From contig NC_087436.1 in assembly GCF_036321535.1 (NCBI RefSeq), forward strand, positions 79,362,001 through 79,426,000: DNA of 64,000 nt. The letters are read 5' to 3'. Positions 28,501 through 43,500 of the stretch are shown here, piece after piece (position 1 is the stretch's first letter; every line of letters starts with the position of its first letter). The position numbers and the translations under genes are program-made. The stretch comes from Camelus dromedarius (lineage: Eukaryota). The notes below the pieces were generated by a model that did not search any database, had not been told where the DNA came from, and saw nothing but the letters and a program-made list of their open reading frames with translations.

Positions 28501-31500
28501 ACTTCTGATATATGTTGAATAGTAGGGTGAGAGCAGACATCTTTTCTTTTTCTGATCTCAGGGGAATCAGATGAGATTAAGTGTGATGTTACCTGCATTT
28601 TTTTTTAAGTAAATACCCTTTATCAGGTTGAAGAAGTCCTTTTTTACTCCTAGTTTGCTGAGTTTTTATCATGAATGAGTGTTGAGTTCTGTCAAATGGG
28701 TAATTATATTGATTGAATTTTGAATATTAAACCAACTTTGTATTACTGGAATAAACTCTGATTGACCATGATATATTGCTCTTATAATGTATTGCTGGAT
28801 TACTAATACTTTGATAAGGGTTTTTATGTTTCCAAGAGATATTGGCCTGTAGCTTTCTCTTCTTGTAACATCTTTGTCTGGTTTTGGTATCAGAGTAATG
28901 CTGGTCTTATAAGATGAAATGAGCACTGTTCCCTCTTCCTCTACTTTCGGGAAGATTATGTGTATGATTGGTGTTATTTCTTCTTTAAAAGTTTGTTAGA
29001 GTTCACCAGTGAAGTCAGCTGGGCCTGGAATTCTCTTTGTGGGAAGTTTTAAATTATAAATTCAATTTTTTTGGAGATATAGAACTATTTAGATTTTATA
29101 CTTCTTCAGTTGATTTTGAGAATTGTCTTTTAAGAATTTCCCCCATTGCATCTAAATTGTTGAATTCATTTTTCAGTATTCAAGGATATAGTTATTCAAA
29201 GATAATTCCATACTACCTTCAATATCTCTGGGATCTCCAGTGATGACCCTTCTTCCATTCCTCATGTTGGTAATTTATGTGTTTTCTCTTTTCCACCTGA
29301 TCAATTCAATCAATAATCTTACTGATCTTTTCAAAGAACTAGCTTATGGTTTCATTAATTTTTTTCTCATTTGTCTATTTTTTATGTCATTGATTTCTGC
29401 TTTTATCTATATTACATATTTTCTAATTTCCCTTATGATTTCTACTTTGACCTGTGGTCAAAGTATGCTATTTAATTTCCAAACATTTGGGTATTTCCCT
29501 GATACCTTTCTATTACTGATGTATACTTTAATTCTGTTGTCATTAGATACCATTCCCTAAATAATTTCAATCCTTCAAATTTATTTAGACTTGTTTATGA
29601 CCCAAAATATGGTCTATCTTGGTGAATTTTCAAATGCATTTAGCGAATGTTCTACATACACAATGGCACACTGGAAAGATTACTGGCCAGCAAGGCAGGA
29701 ACCTGAATTATAATCCTATCTAAACCGCAACTGCTTGAATGACCTTAAACTAAATCATTAATTCTCTGAGTCTTGTTACCTTATCCACTATATAAATGTA
29801 ATAAGACTCAGTGATCTTCATGATCTCTTTCCCTCCTTTATTAATTCCAGGGCAACCCTCCAACTGTAGGTCTTTATTACATTATACATGCTTTACTACA
29901 GCTGCTCCCAAACTAGCCTTGCAATACTCCTGCATAGTAGTATTCCTTTTCCACAGGTAAGGTAACTGGAAGAGTTAGTAATTTATGCAGGGTAACAAGA
30001 GACAGAGCTCTGACCAGGACACAGGTATGTGTGATATCAGAGCCCTTGCTCTGAACAACCACAGAAAACTTTCACTATTTCCACTGATAAGTGATTGGGT
30101 CACAACCCTTTAGTCCAGTGTTTAAACATGCTCTCCACCTTCCTCCATCTACAGCACACAGTCTGGCCCAACTTTTCCCACTCAACTTTCTACTCCTCAG
30201 TATCTTCAGCCTTCCTCAATATTCAAGCCTACTGACTGTCACCCCGCATCATCTTAAGGTTTCTCACCTTTCACTCTAAGTAATGGCTATTCCTTCCCTC
30301 TGCTTATCTAAAACCTCTATCTCCTTCAATACATAGCACTAATTACTTTTCTTTCTTGTAGCCTTTCACTTTTATAAATTGCCAGGGGATATTGTAATAT
30401 ACCATTCACCAGCAAGGAAATCAAAACTTGTCTCATGGTGTCTATTATTTATCAATCACCTTTCGGATTTTCATTTAAACTGTTCAGGTTAATGAAGGTG
30501 GCCTGTACGATAGATTAAGAGTGCTGGTTTTGTAGTTAAATAAAGCTGAATTCAAACTCTGGTTTTGCTATTTTGAGGCAGAGTGACCTTGGGCACAAAG
30601 TTAAAATTTACTTAAGAATATCCCTAATAAAGAGGTTTAACTCAAGAGTAACTCTAATAAAGAGAGCTAATTTCTGATTTTAGGAAAAAAGACTATTTTC
30701 TCATTGTGCCCCACTAACTTTTTTTTTTTTAATTTTCTGCCTGATAAAGTATATACTGATCTCACACACATTTATGGTCACAGGATTATAGTGAACCTTT
30801 TTCTTACCAAAGGCAGAGATGCTAGATTACCCCCATCAGGACCCATGTCTTTACAGCTCCTTGTATCCCCCACAGTACCCACCAAAGTCTCTTATTTGTA
30901 ATGGACACCAAGTTATGATTTGTTGGTTTTTCATATTCCTTACAATTCAAAAGATTAAAAATGCACATATAAATCTAGATTCAGATTTATCATGTCAGAT
31001 TGTACTTTTCCACATTAGATTAGAATTTAACATTTTTTTCATACTTCACAGATTTTTAAAATTTTTAAATCTCCATTATCTCAGATATCACTTTATAAGA
31101 TATAAAAATACTTTAAAATACCTTCAAACCAATCAAAGAGAGGAACAAAGTTTGGATTCCCTTGGTGAATTCTTGAACAAGTTGGCTGTAACAGTTTTCC
31201 AATGGTCTGCTTATTAGCTCCAATACCTACAACAGTCAAACCAGTATTATAGTTCTGTGTTATTATAAAAAATAAATGACATTCCATATAAAATTTTATA
31301 TTTTACATAGATCTTGTGGAAGTCAGAGGAGATAAGAAAACATAAAGATTAAAAAAATATGAATTTAGCAGGAGTCCTAATGAAAATGGAAGAAAGATAA
31401 ATAGAGAAAATACTTTTCATTGTTTGCCTGAAATAAAAAAGTATTCACACTACTCTTTCTAATTCTTAATCACAGAGGAGAAGAAAATATTTAAAGGAAT

Positions 31501-34500
31501 ATTAATAATTAATTTTTAAAAGAAGACCTCATAAAAGGGCCAGACAAAAGACAAAGAAAGAAGACAAAACAACCAACCAACAACCAGTTGAATATTACCT
31601 GTTGCTTGTCTTTTTCTTGCAAAATAAGGATGCTCTCCCCAGAAGAATCTATTCCAGCACGGCCAGCTCTGCCAATCATCTGTTTATATTGATTCCTCTT
31701 TAAGAATTCTTTGGCAACATAAGGGGCTCTTAAAATAACTCTATGAAATTGATAACATTAATTAAAAGTAATATTCCATCTATAGCCAGAGCATCTATTT
31801 TTTAAACTTTTAATTTCATTATAACTTACGTGACATTAAATTTAATAACACATTGACTCAAAGTAATAGATGACTACTACCATTCACCAAAAATCTATGA
31901 TGCCTGAGGTTCTTTATGGACATTATCTGTAATCCTTACAAAACTCTTGGTGCTAATATTCTTTTTAATTTAATTTAATTTAATTTAATTTAATTTACTT
32001 TTTACGAAGGGGCTAATTGAAGCACAGACAAGTCAACCACAAAATTAGTATTACCAGAACCATAATCTGAACTTAAGTTTGACTAGCAACAAAGCTTATG
32101 ATCAATCCACTATAGCAATAATCTAAGAAGACTTTTGATTTTATATTCCATAAATAAAAAATCTGACTACACACTACCAACATATACATATTTATTTATG
32201 AACTTATATTTTTGTCAACTACATAAAATTGCAAATTTCAACTGTTTTTGACCTACAAACATGTTTTCAACCCTGCTCATGTATACAGAAATCTATAGCC
32301 AGCTTTCCTGTTCAAAGGTGCGAGAAAACCTGTCATTTACCTAAACCAATCAACCTACCCCTTTATTTATAAATCCAATGGGCAGCCAAAATTACCAAAC
32401 ACATGAAGAAAACTAATGCCATAAAAGAAAAATAACAAGAACATACAGAATAAATGTCTCACAGAAGCAGATATACAGGGACAGATAAGAACTTTAAAAA
32501 ATTCTAACTGGTATCCACAGAAAGTTCTAGAGGGCAATGTATTCACAAGATGAGAGCAGATTACCATAAAGAAAGAGCAATAAAAGAGAGCTCTTAGAAA
32601 TTAAAAAACTTTAAAAAATTCATTTAAACAATTCAATAGAAGAATTGAATAATGAATGAATACAGTTAATGGGGTAAGTTAAAAACTGATTTTGTCATTT
32701 GGGAGGTAAAGCTGAAGAAATCATACATGTCACATAGATTGAACAACGTGTAAAAAAAGTTGAGAGTTGAAAGCTCAATTTAAGAGGCTTCAACTCTATC
32801 TAATTGAAGTTACAAAAGCAAAGAATAGAGATCATGAAAGGAAAGAAATAATTAAAGAAATAACTGGAAAAAAATTATTCTAAAATGAAGAAATGCATAA
32901 AACTTTAAATTGAAACAATATACCCAAGAGCTAATGTGAATGAGAAGTGCTAGATTGGGATGGTTAGGATTGCAGAATTAGATTTCCTTTCTTTATTTCA
33001 CCAACTATCTGAAAAAATGGAAAATTTAGTCAGTGACAGGATTTGAAAATGAAAGAATAGAAAAACATATACTTGGCAAAAAAAAAATGTAATCTTAGTA
33101 TTTGAAGTAAAATCACTAAATGAGAAAGACAAGAACCGATTTTATTGATAAAAGGTATAATTCAGCAGTAAGATATTTGGAGTAAACCTTTACATACCTA
33201 AGTAGTTTTGAACTACAAAGCAAAAAAAAACTTCTAAAAAAGGTAAAAAAGAGAAGCTGACAACTCCATAATTACAGTGGGAGATCCTAACATACCCTCC
33301 CTGAAATTGACAAAGAATCGCAAATAGTAAGAAAACACAGGAGCTGACAACATGATTAATAACCATGATCTTATGAAACTGCATACCCACATTTTTTTAT
33401 GCTCATGGATAATTTACAAAAGTCAATCATTTATTTGAAAAAGGTCACAAATTTTAAAGTCACAAATGACAAAGAGTAGAAATCAATTATACAGCCCTAC
33501 ACAGCTTTGGTAATAACTGAAAAGGTAATCAAGGATCTACTCTAAAAAAGATACTAGACTCAAAAGTCTTTAAGGTTTCAAGGAAACCTCTGTTAAATAA
33601 ACTTTCAGATCATAAGAAACGGTGGAAAGCTTGCCAACTGTTTCTACACAACTGGGCTAATAAACCCTAACCTCAAAACCAGACAGGGAGAGCAACAGGA
33701 AAGAAGGAATTCTAACAGCAGAAAACTTACCGATGTTATTTTTCATTAAAATATTAAAGGAAATAAACCAATCAACTCAGCAAGTGTTGAAAAAAACATT
33801 TGATAAATTCTCACCCACTACTGAGAACGAATAAGACAACAATAAAACTGCTGGCAAGCTAGGAATTGAAAAGTTTTGAGCCCGGCCAACAATTACTTAC
33901 ATCTTACCTTCGAGCTGGTAGGTTAACACCTGCTGCTAGGGTGGATGTGCAGGTGAAAAGGCAGAGAACGCCTGTGGAGTAGGCCTCCTCCAAGAGCTTC
34001 CTTTCATCACTCGTCAAGCCGCTGTGGTGATAAGCAACCCCAAAGGGGATGGTGTGCTTTAGCACAGGACACAAGCTGCCACTGCTGCTATTCTTCAAGC
34101 TCTTAATCAGTTCGTGTTTTTCCTTCTCTCTGTGCTTCAGATATTCCCTAGGAAAAAGATCTGTTAGAGATACGACCCCTTGATCTTACAGTGACAGGGT
34201 GCCTGCAATTTTAATTTGAGTAGATGCATGTAAACATTCTCGTCTTAAAAACGTATCACTTATTGACGTAAGTATATAAAATGTTCTTAGGATTTTGATT
34301 TTGCTTTCAATAACTATTAGGTAGTTTCTCTCAAACTTTTTGTGGATCACAGAGCTCTGTGAAAATCTGCTTACAGCTAAGGGAAAAAACAAATATTCAC
34401 ATAAACACAGCACTGCCTGTAATTTCAGAGGGTTCATGGACTTCCTGAAGTTCAATCCTGTTCTGCCTACGAATCCATGGGTGCCAGTTTTAGACCCCTG

Positions 34501-37500
34501 CTCTACATGTTACAATTTTCTTTTTCACAAAACATACATCTTTAGTGAAGGTGATCTGTTTTAAGTCATAAATTTTCTTCTCTGAAGATGAAAACATATA
34601 TTATTAAATCATACATATTATAGGTAGAACACTATCTAAACACTAGCATTTTAGAAGCCTCAGTAATATCCAACCATGTCTCCTATCTAGAAGCACCTAT
34701 TATTTAAATTCCCTTCTAGAAAAGAAAGAGAGAAAGGAAAGAAGGACTAAGTACAACTAACTACTAGTTGTAAAGCTACGACTTCTGAATACCAGTAGCA
34801 AACAGAGTCTAAGAGTATACAGTACACACAGCCTGTGTTGTTGTGTGCTTCACGGAAAGAAAGGAAAGCTCTGGCTGGTGGTAACCGCAGCAGGCCAGGA
34901 ATTTCATAAGAAGTTGAGAAATGGGATGCAAGGACACAACAAAGAATGGGGAAGAAAGTGGTTAAGGGTGATCAGTGCAAGCTGAGTAGGGGGTGACAGA
35001 CTTCATGTTACTACTTCCAGCCAGTATTTGAGGTCCTAAAAGGGATGAACCCTTCTCAAGGAATTCAGTCGTACATGGTATGAGAACATTAATAATCACC
35101 CTACAGTTTTAGAGAAGGGAGACATGATTTGTAACTGACCAGGTAAGATATGGTTAGATGGAGAAGGGTTTTGTGGGAGAAAGTGAGATCTGCGCTGGGT
35201 CCTGAAGAACAGGTGTTAGAGAGGCAGCAGTGAGGGGGCAGGAAGTGCACAGTTGGCAGAGGGGAAGGCATGATCCCAGGCATGGCAACGGGCAGTGCAA
35301 AGCACAAACAAAGAAGAGAAGTGGCTCAGCTTGGAAGGAGCGCAAGGCGAATGAAGAGCAGAAGGAAGAAGGATAGAAAAGTAAGCTGAGTCAGATCTTA
35401 GCCTGAATTCCAGGCTAGGAAGCACTGTGGTATCATTTTCAGAGGAATTTTTTAGGAAAAGTGATATGGCCAGATCTTTGGCAGTTGCCAGCAAATAGTG
35501 TTTAAAAAATGTAAAAAAAAAAAAAAAAAGGCATTCTTGACTTAAAAGTCAAAAGTAGTAACAGCCAGAAAAAAGATGTTTCCTTGAGATTGAGACAATC
35601 AATTGGGAAAAATCTGCTTCAGTCTTTGCACTTACAAGCACATTCTACTGCCCAAGTGGTTCTATAGTAACTGCTTCCCATGAAATTTATGGTAAGGAGG
35701 CAAATTATTAAGAGATAAGCTGGTATGCGAGGACTCTCAAGAAATCATGTTTTAAAGACACCACTGAGATCAGAAACCATTTAGCCCTAGATTTTACTTT
35801 ATTTATTTATTTTTTTTTTACTTTTTAAGTACTTTGATATTAAACTTCCAAATTTATGATTCAAATAAACTATTATCAACAAAAAGCAAAATAAGTCAAA
35901 GGTATAACTTGACCAATATAAAACTCATGCCTCCCAGTCAAATGATAATTTCCTTAGGCTTTTATAATGTGCATCATCATTATAAAGGTGGACATGCAGC
36001 TACCAAAATAGGAAACTTCTTCACTTTATCCCAAACATGTGTATCTTTGTGTTAGCCAACGGATTTAGCTCTATATTAGACCAATCCATGACAGCAGGAT
36101 TGGGAGGGGAGGTAGAGCATGACTAGATTAGAGTCCAGGGCACTGGTCTGTGAATAGTGACACAGCAGTGGTTAAGGGACCAAAAAAGAAGTCTGAAAAA
36201 CATGATAGAACCACACATAGGACAAAAAGGTGCAGAAAAAACTAAACAGTTTATACTTAAGGTCACTTTATATATATCTATGATACAACAGAACCAATAT
36301 TAAATACTGTAAAATTGCAACCAACAAATTTCTTAATTGTTTAGGAAATTCAATCCCAATGTCCACACAACTTAAGTGTGAAGTTTACTAAGAAAACAAA
36401 GAAAACAGTATTTAATTAAAGAGAAGGTTAAGCTGAAGATATGATTCATCCCCACAGTGATCAGTGATCAGTTCTCTGATCACGTAAGCCAGTGGTTGAC
36501 CTTGGCTGCATGATGGACTTGCCTGGGAGCTTTACAAAATAATGGTGCCTGGGTTCCACTCCCAGAGATTATCTGGGATTGTCTGATTTGTCTTGGATGT
36601 AGCTTGGGCACTGAGATTTTAAAAAGGCCCCCAATGACTCATTGTGCAGCCAAGCCATTGTATTAGCCAGCATTCCCTGACATGCAGCCTTAGAACTTTT
36701 CTCTATTCCACACATGTATATTTCACAGCTCAACTTTCCTCCAGGTCAGGGCCTTCAGAACCTAGTACAACAACTCAGTATGATGTTCTGCAAGAATTAG
36801 TGCTTGTTGAATCAACAGAATACCTGGCATGTAAATCATAATAAAAATAAAACAGAATATTTTTAAAAGATTAACATACTTGCTTAAAATTTTGCATATC
36901 ATTTCTGCTACATTTTCACAGTTCTTCTTAGTGGGACAAAAAACTAAGCAGGAATAATTGGGAATAACTTCTGTCACCAATGCTACCAAGTGGTCAGGAT
37001 CCATCTTTTTCAGAGTGTCAGAATACTGTACAACAAGATGTAGGAACAAAGCAGTTAGCAACCATGAAAGCCTTTCATTTTATCAGTGTGTTTCGAAAGG
37101 AAAGTAAATCATCCATAATTCTGAACTTCTCATTTAATAAATATGATCACTTAAAAGAAAAGACGAAACCTGTATTAAACAGCAAAATGTTAAGTTCCAC
37201 TTTTCTCTTAGATTATTAGGGTTTCATTAGGTGTATTCAGTTTTAAATAAAGGAAGTGAAAATAGTTAATGTTATTAATAAATCAACTGCACGTCTATCT
37301 GCACTGAAGCAGAAAAAGTCCACAGAGAGAAACACAGATTGATCCCAGTAACAGTCAAAGAACTGCACAAATAAGTTAGAGCTCTTGCTATTACTAAGCT
37401 TTCAAAAACACAGGTTCAATCATACTACAGGATGTATTTTCAGAAATAGAAAATATATTTACTACGCAGACACAAAGAACTCAGAAAGAACATGAAGAAA

Positions 37501-40500
37501 AATGCAAAGTTATTTAAAATCTCACTTCCTTTGACTTGACTGAAAACTCATTAAGATTTAGAATAATATACCTTTATAGAATTCTAAAACTGTTGTAAAA
37601 TTCCTTTTCTCCTTTTTTAATGTCCTTCATGTAAGTCACAGAACATTAACGTTTTCATATACCAACATCTGAGCTACAGAGCCTACAGACGTTCTTCTTG
37701 TTTTGCTGTTGCTGCTGAATGAAAAAACATTTATGGGAGAGGTCTCCAAACTTGGTTCCTGGATCCCCAAGGGCAAATAAAATACCTAACAGTTTTGATT
37801 ATTAGGTAGTTAGGTCCAAACAAATTAATAAGTGTGTATTTCCTTACAAATCAGTAGCCATTTGAATAAATAATACACATCAATGGAATAAAAAATCTTT
37901 TAAAATTTCATTCTTAAATAACCATCACAGCCCTCCAATGGACTGTGTGCACAGCTGGGCCCTCCACAGGTTTCCAAACTGTAGAAACCCTTATGTCCTG
38001 TGCCACATTGATTTTTACATGGTATTTGCTTACAGTAAGTACAACACACTCTCCCCAACTTCACAAAGATACAATATCATAGAAAGGAATGTAGTGTGAT
38101 CTAATGCTGACACTGGATACTGCCTATCTTGAACCAGTAGTTTGTATGGTGTCCAACAGACGTCAAGCATCAGCTGTTTTCTCTCAAATGTCCAAACTAT
38201 TCCACAGTATCCATGAGACTCCCCTGTGGTGTCCCAGGGCAGTTGGGAACAAAGTCTGGGAACCTCATCTTCAGGGATTATCAAGGTTACCTTATAATTA
38301 AGGAGACGTGAAAAAGTCATGCCATTCTCTGCTTTGCTGTCAACCTCATATATTGCATCATTTATTTTCAGATATTCTTTTAATTCAACCTTGAATTAAA
38401 AAGATGTTTGCAATTAATACCATATACAAATCCATCTTTCCAGAGTTTCAAATTTTGTAAAATATGCTGTAAAAAAAGGAAAGCTATACAAAAATTTTAG
38501 CTTTTCTAAGGTTTGTAAAATGTTTCAACATAAAAGTTATTTCTTTCCCATTTAAGTTTCTTTTCCCCTTTAAATCAAAACTGGGATTAATATCCTTGAA
38601 GAAATACTTTTGAATTGAATAGCCACATATCTAAAAGGAAATCAGACACTTGTATTGGTCACAAGAAGTATAAATGAGTCAAGTGTTCACACTCCTTTAT
38701 TAAGGAGTTTATTTGTGTTATTCCTCAAGATTTAAAGCTTTATTAGTCATCAGTTTTAATCTAAATACCACCAAGTTATTTTTAATTTAAGTATTTGTAG
38801 ACAAAAGTTTGTAAGAACAGCTCATTGAATTTTTAAAAGAACAGCCTCTAATTCGACAATTAAGGTCAGAAAATATCTCTTGAAAATTTTCATATTTGGT
38901 GCAAATGTAAAAACACCAAATTTCAAATTAAAATTTGGTGATTCTCAAAAATCATTTTCTGAAAACCTATTTAGACACAGAAACTGCAAACAGAGTATAT
39001 AAACATTATAAGCTACTTTCAAATAACTATGAACTACATTAATTTACTTTCTTCGTCTTTTGGGAATACTGTTAAGGGGGAGTTTAAGCTTAAATCCATG
39101 TGAAGTCTTAACTTATTAAAAAAGCATTATAACTACCAAGGCATAAATACTGGAAAATATTTAAAATTTTAAGGTAAGTTTTTTTTTTATGTGCCAATAA
39201 CTCGAAACATGAATTACTGAATTCTCACTGAATGAAAAAATGTACCTTACAGAATATAAAGTGGAAAAGCAGAATGGGTCTGGAAAATTTCATTCAATAA
39301 ATATTCATTGAAGACTCAGGGGCCAGGCACTGTTCTGGGTGCTATAGCCAAGCCAAGATCCCTGACCCCGCAGAGTTACACTCTCTATACACAGACTTAC
39401 TAGCAAACAGCCATGGTCAGTGGCATTACACTCCTTCACTACTCTTACGTTTTTTATATAGTACATTTACTACTTTTCTTTCTGAATAAAAGATGATACA
39501 TAACAAATCAAACCTTAGGTACATACTGGTCTAAACTCGCTGGTGTAATATTCTGCCTGTAGGAACTCCTGGAGGTCTTCAACATTGTTCAACGTTGCAC
39601 TCATACCAATAATTTGAGTTGTTTCTAAAAAATAAAAATCCAAAGCATTGAGGAAAAGGTGTTATTTGGTATATCATAACAGTAATTTTTAGCAGCCTTT
39701 TTGTGTTCTGAATTTTTCCTGAGTGATTTGGGAAAGGGAGGAAGGTAAGAAGAATACAAATACAGGTGACCCTTGAACAACACTAGGGTTAGGGGCACCG
39801 ACCCTCCACGCAGTTGAGTATCATCCAAAACTTACAGTCGGCCCTCTGTACCTGCAGTTCCGCCTCCCTGGATTCAACCGTCACATCGTGTAGTACTGTA
39901 GTATTTACTACTGAAAAAAATTCACGGATAAGTGGGCCTATGCAGTTCAAACCTGTGTTGTTCAAGGGTCAACTGTATATTTCCAGAGTATTAATGTTAC
40001 CAGATGAGAGGTATAAGCTGATAATATAGATTGGGAGCCATCCGCACACAAGAAGTACTTGAAGTTATGAGTGTGGATGAGAATCAGCAGAAACTGTAGG
40101 AAGTTCAAAATTTGTAGATACTGACAGGCATATGTAGAATAGATAAACAAGATTATTCTGTATAGGGCAATATATACAAGATCTTGTGGTAGATCATAGC
40201 AAAAAAGAATGTGACAATGAATACATGTGTGTTCATGTATAACTGAAAAATTGTGCTCTATGCTGGAATTTGACACAACATTGTAAAATGACTATAACTC
40301 AATAAAAAAATGTTTTAAAAAAATTTGACCTTTAATAGTTTTCCATAGATAAGCTATTATAATACATAACAACTAATAAACTACTGCAATAGCATATCAA
40401 TAAGTAATAGAGAAGACATGTAGAATAAATATTTCATAAACACTTAAAGACTGTCTGATGTTGCAAAATAGCTACTTAATGTGACCATTAACATACACTG

Positions 40501-43500
40501 TTTTATTGGTATGATGATGATGATACTGATGGTGGCAATGGCAGCGAGCTCTTATTGTGCTGTGTGCTTGGTGTGGCTGAATGCTTCACATGTGCTAACT
40601 CCTACAGTCCTCCCAACAGTCCCATCAGGTTGGTACCATCATTATAGCCACTTTACAGATGAAGAAACAGAGAGGTTGAGTCACATGCCTAAGCACACAA
40701 AGCTAGTAAGTGGAGAAAAATGGTAATTTCATTTATCTTCATAATTCTACCCATTTATCCATTCTTCCAACAAAAATTCATAAGCTCACTTAAGAAATAA
40801 ACTAAGGCAGAAAGCTTAAGTATCTTACTCTAGGTATCTTACATACTCTAGCTAGTGATAGAATTAACTCTTACAGGTCTCTTGATTATAAATCAATTAG
40901 TGGCCACACCTGAAAAAATACTTACTGCTGGTGTAGAGGATTTTTGCTAGGGTCATTTCCAGTATGGCCCCACGGCTTCCTTCACCAATCATGTGCAGCT
41001 TTGAGATTTAAAAAATAAAGCGGGGAGGAGAAAAGTAAATTTGCATATAACACCCACATAAAACAAGCATATATTCGATAAAATGAAGAAGCAATCTTTG
41101 CTTTACAAATAAAGCATTTTAGTTATGGCAACTAGGGTACATATACATTAATTCACTGGTATTTTAAGTTAATGAGGTTGTCCCCAGGACAACATTCTTA
41201 CATCTGAAATTCATAAGCACTATTATAAAATTGGACATATACACATATACTCACTCTTCAAGAAACACCTGGCACAAAAATGAATTTAAGATTACCAAGC
41301 ATGAAATTTCTTCATCTGTATTGTCTATATATTAAAATAAATGACTTATTCTCATAAAGGTACTAAGCAGGTCCATGTAATAATAAATACATTAGTATAA
41401 CAAAAATGTTGATAAATTATAAAAGTAGCAACCAACCTCATCTACAACAACCAGACCCAGATTGCTAATCCTTCCGGTTTCAATCAAAGAATTCACCAGA
41501 CTATGTCCTTTTTCAATAGTGGCAATATATAGTGATTTCTTTTCCCTTCTTTTAATTGGAGGAAATTTTCCTTTGCTTCCAGCATATTCTTCAACAAAGA
41601 AACCCAGTTCTATACCAAAACTTGACAAACCTGAAACCTAAAATATTAGTTAAAACAAACAAAAGAAATCAGACAAATAAGCACTCTAAGGGGGAGGATA
41701 TAGCTCAGGTGGTAAAGTGCATGCTTCACACGCACAAGGTCCTGGGTTCAATTCTCCAATACCTCCCCTAAAAATAAATAAATAAATAAACGTAATTACC
41801 TACTCCACCCCCCTCCCCAAAAGAACTCCAGTCACTAAGTGTTCACAGGGATTTACAGAATCTAAAAAAGTGTTAAATACCAATCAATGCGAACAAAATC
41901 ACAGATAAAACACATATACTAAGAAATGTCATAATTAATGTATTGATCTTTGCAAATGAACACTTCTACATAATAAATGTAAAAATAAATCTTAACTGTC
42001 TCCTCTGCTGTAAAAAAAATCAGAATAACTCATTTATTTTGATAAAATAACTGAGTTAGTTTCTGCTTGAAAAGAAGTCTAAATATATATAAAACATTTA
42101 AAATGGTGTTTAATCCATCAGTTTAGAAAAAAATAAAACTCTTTCTGAAACAGGTAATCAGTATTAGAGATTTTTGGTAAGTACTCCATACTGCTTTTGC
42201 ACATCCTAAAAATATTAATTCTCCATCATTAATAAAGGTACCTCTTCTCAGGAAAAACTTGTTACATCTATGCTAGTTTTTATATCTAATGTCAAAATAA
42301 CATTAGCAAATACCACTTGTTGAAAAAAACCCACACCTTTTCTTGAACAATTGCCACATAGGGCAGGATCATTAGAACATCTTTTCGCCGGCAAAGCAGT
42401 TCTTGTAGCATTAAAATCTCAGCCACGAGGGTCTTCCCACCACTTGTTGGCAAGGAATATATTAAATTTTTTCTTTCTTGCACGGAAGTCAGTGTTAAGC
42501 AAGTATGTTGCCATTCTGTGGAATTAAAAAAAAAAAAAGCCTTATTTTTCCCTTTCCACAATCTTAAAAAAGTTTTCTAAGAAGAAAAATCAAATTCCAC
42601 CCTGTGTAGCATCTTCTCATAACGATAAATGTAATTACACATCAGTGTTAAATGTCAAAAATCCCCAGTGTGAGGTGTGCATTCTAATACTATTTCTAAC
42701 TCAGGTCTGGTCAGCAGGGTGGGCAAATGGATGCCCACCCATCCGCCAGCTGCAGACTGAAGTCTGAGATTCCATAGGGCAGGCAGCACCTGCTGGACAA
42801 GAGGCTGGCACTTCAGAGGAGCTAAAGGGCAACTCAGGGATCTGTGTGAGTTCTAAGGCCTTCCTCCTATGTTCTGCAAGGAGATTTTGTGCGTTTCCCT
42901 TCCTCATTTACCCATATATCATCTTAGAGAGACACAGCGGAAGGTGGAAAAAAATGTATGAGGTTTTGTACAAACTAAGAAAGACTATTCAACGAACTCT
43001 CAGGGGGAGCTGAACTTTGAATGGCCTGAATACCGTTTTAAACTAAGACTGTTTAAACCATGAGAGACTAGCATGGTTAATTAGGACATCTAGGGGCTCC
43101 ACAGCTTAGCAAGGTAGAATTCATGAAGAGGACCACATCAGACCCAAAACATGGTGTGAAAATGAGTACAACCAGTGTGCAGGAAAAACAAACATGCAAC
43201 ACCAGAAGTCTTCAAAATGTGTGCCAGTATTTTACCACCAGACAAATGGGCAAAAGATATGACAAGATATTTCACAGCAGGGAGAAATGCTAATGCTAAT
43301 AAACACATGAAGAAATTCTCTACTGTTACCTATTAGGTTGGCAAAATAAACAAACAAATAAAAAGGATTAAATACGAGAAAAAAGCCCCCCACAGGTAAA
43401 ATCCAGAGCTGACTAGAGCCGGCACAAACAGGCACTTTTGTGTGTGGCTGATGAAAGCAGGAAGTGCTACAATCTTTTTGGAATGCAACCCTGCAGAATC

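Noticed and set aside
28669..28926. Reverse-transcriptase-like ORF as part of a novel RT system
   Set aside because: Ordinary decayed L1 ORF2 with stops and frameshifts
38881..38940. AT-rich palindrome and 10-bp hairpin in HELQ intron 6
   Set aside because: Low complexity; plausible by chance in AT-rich DNA
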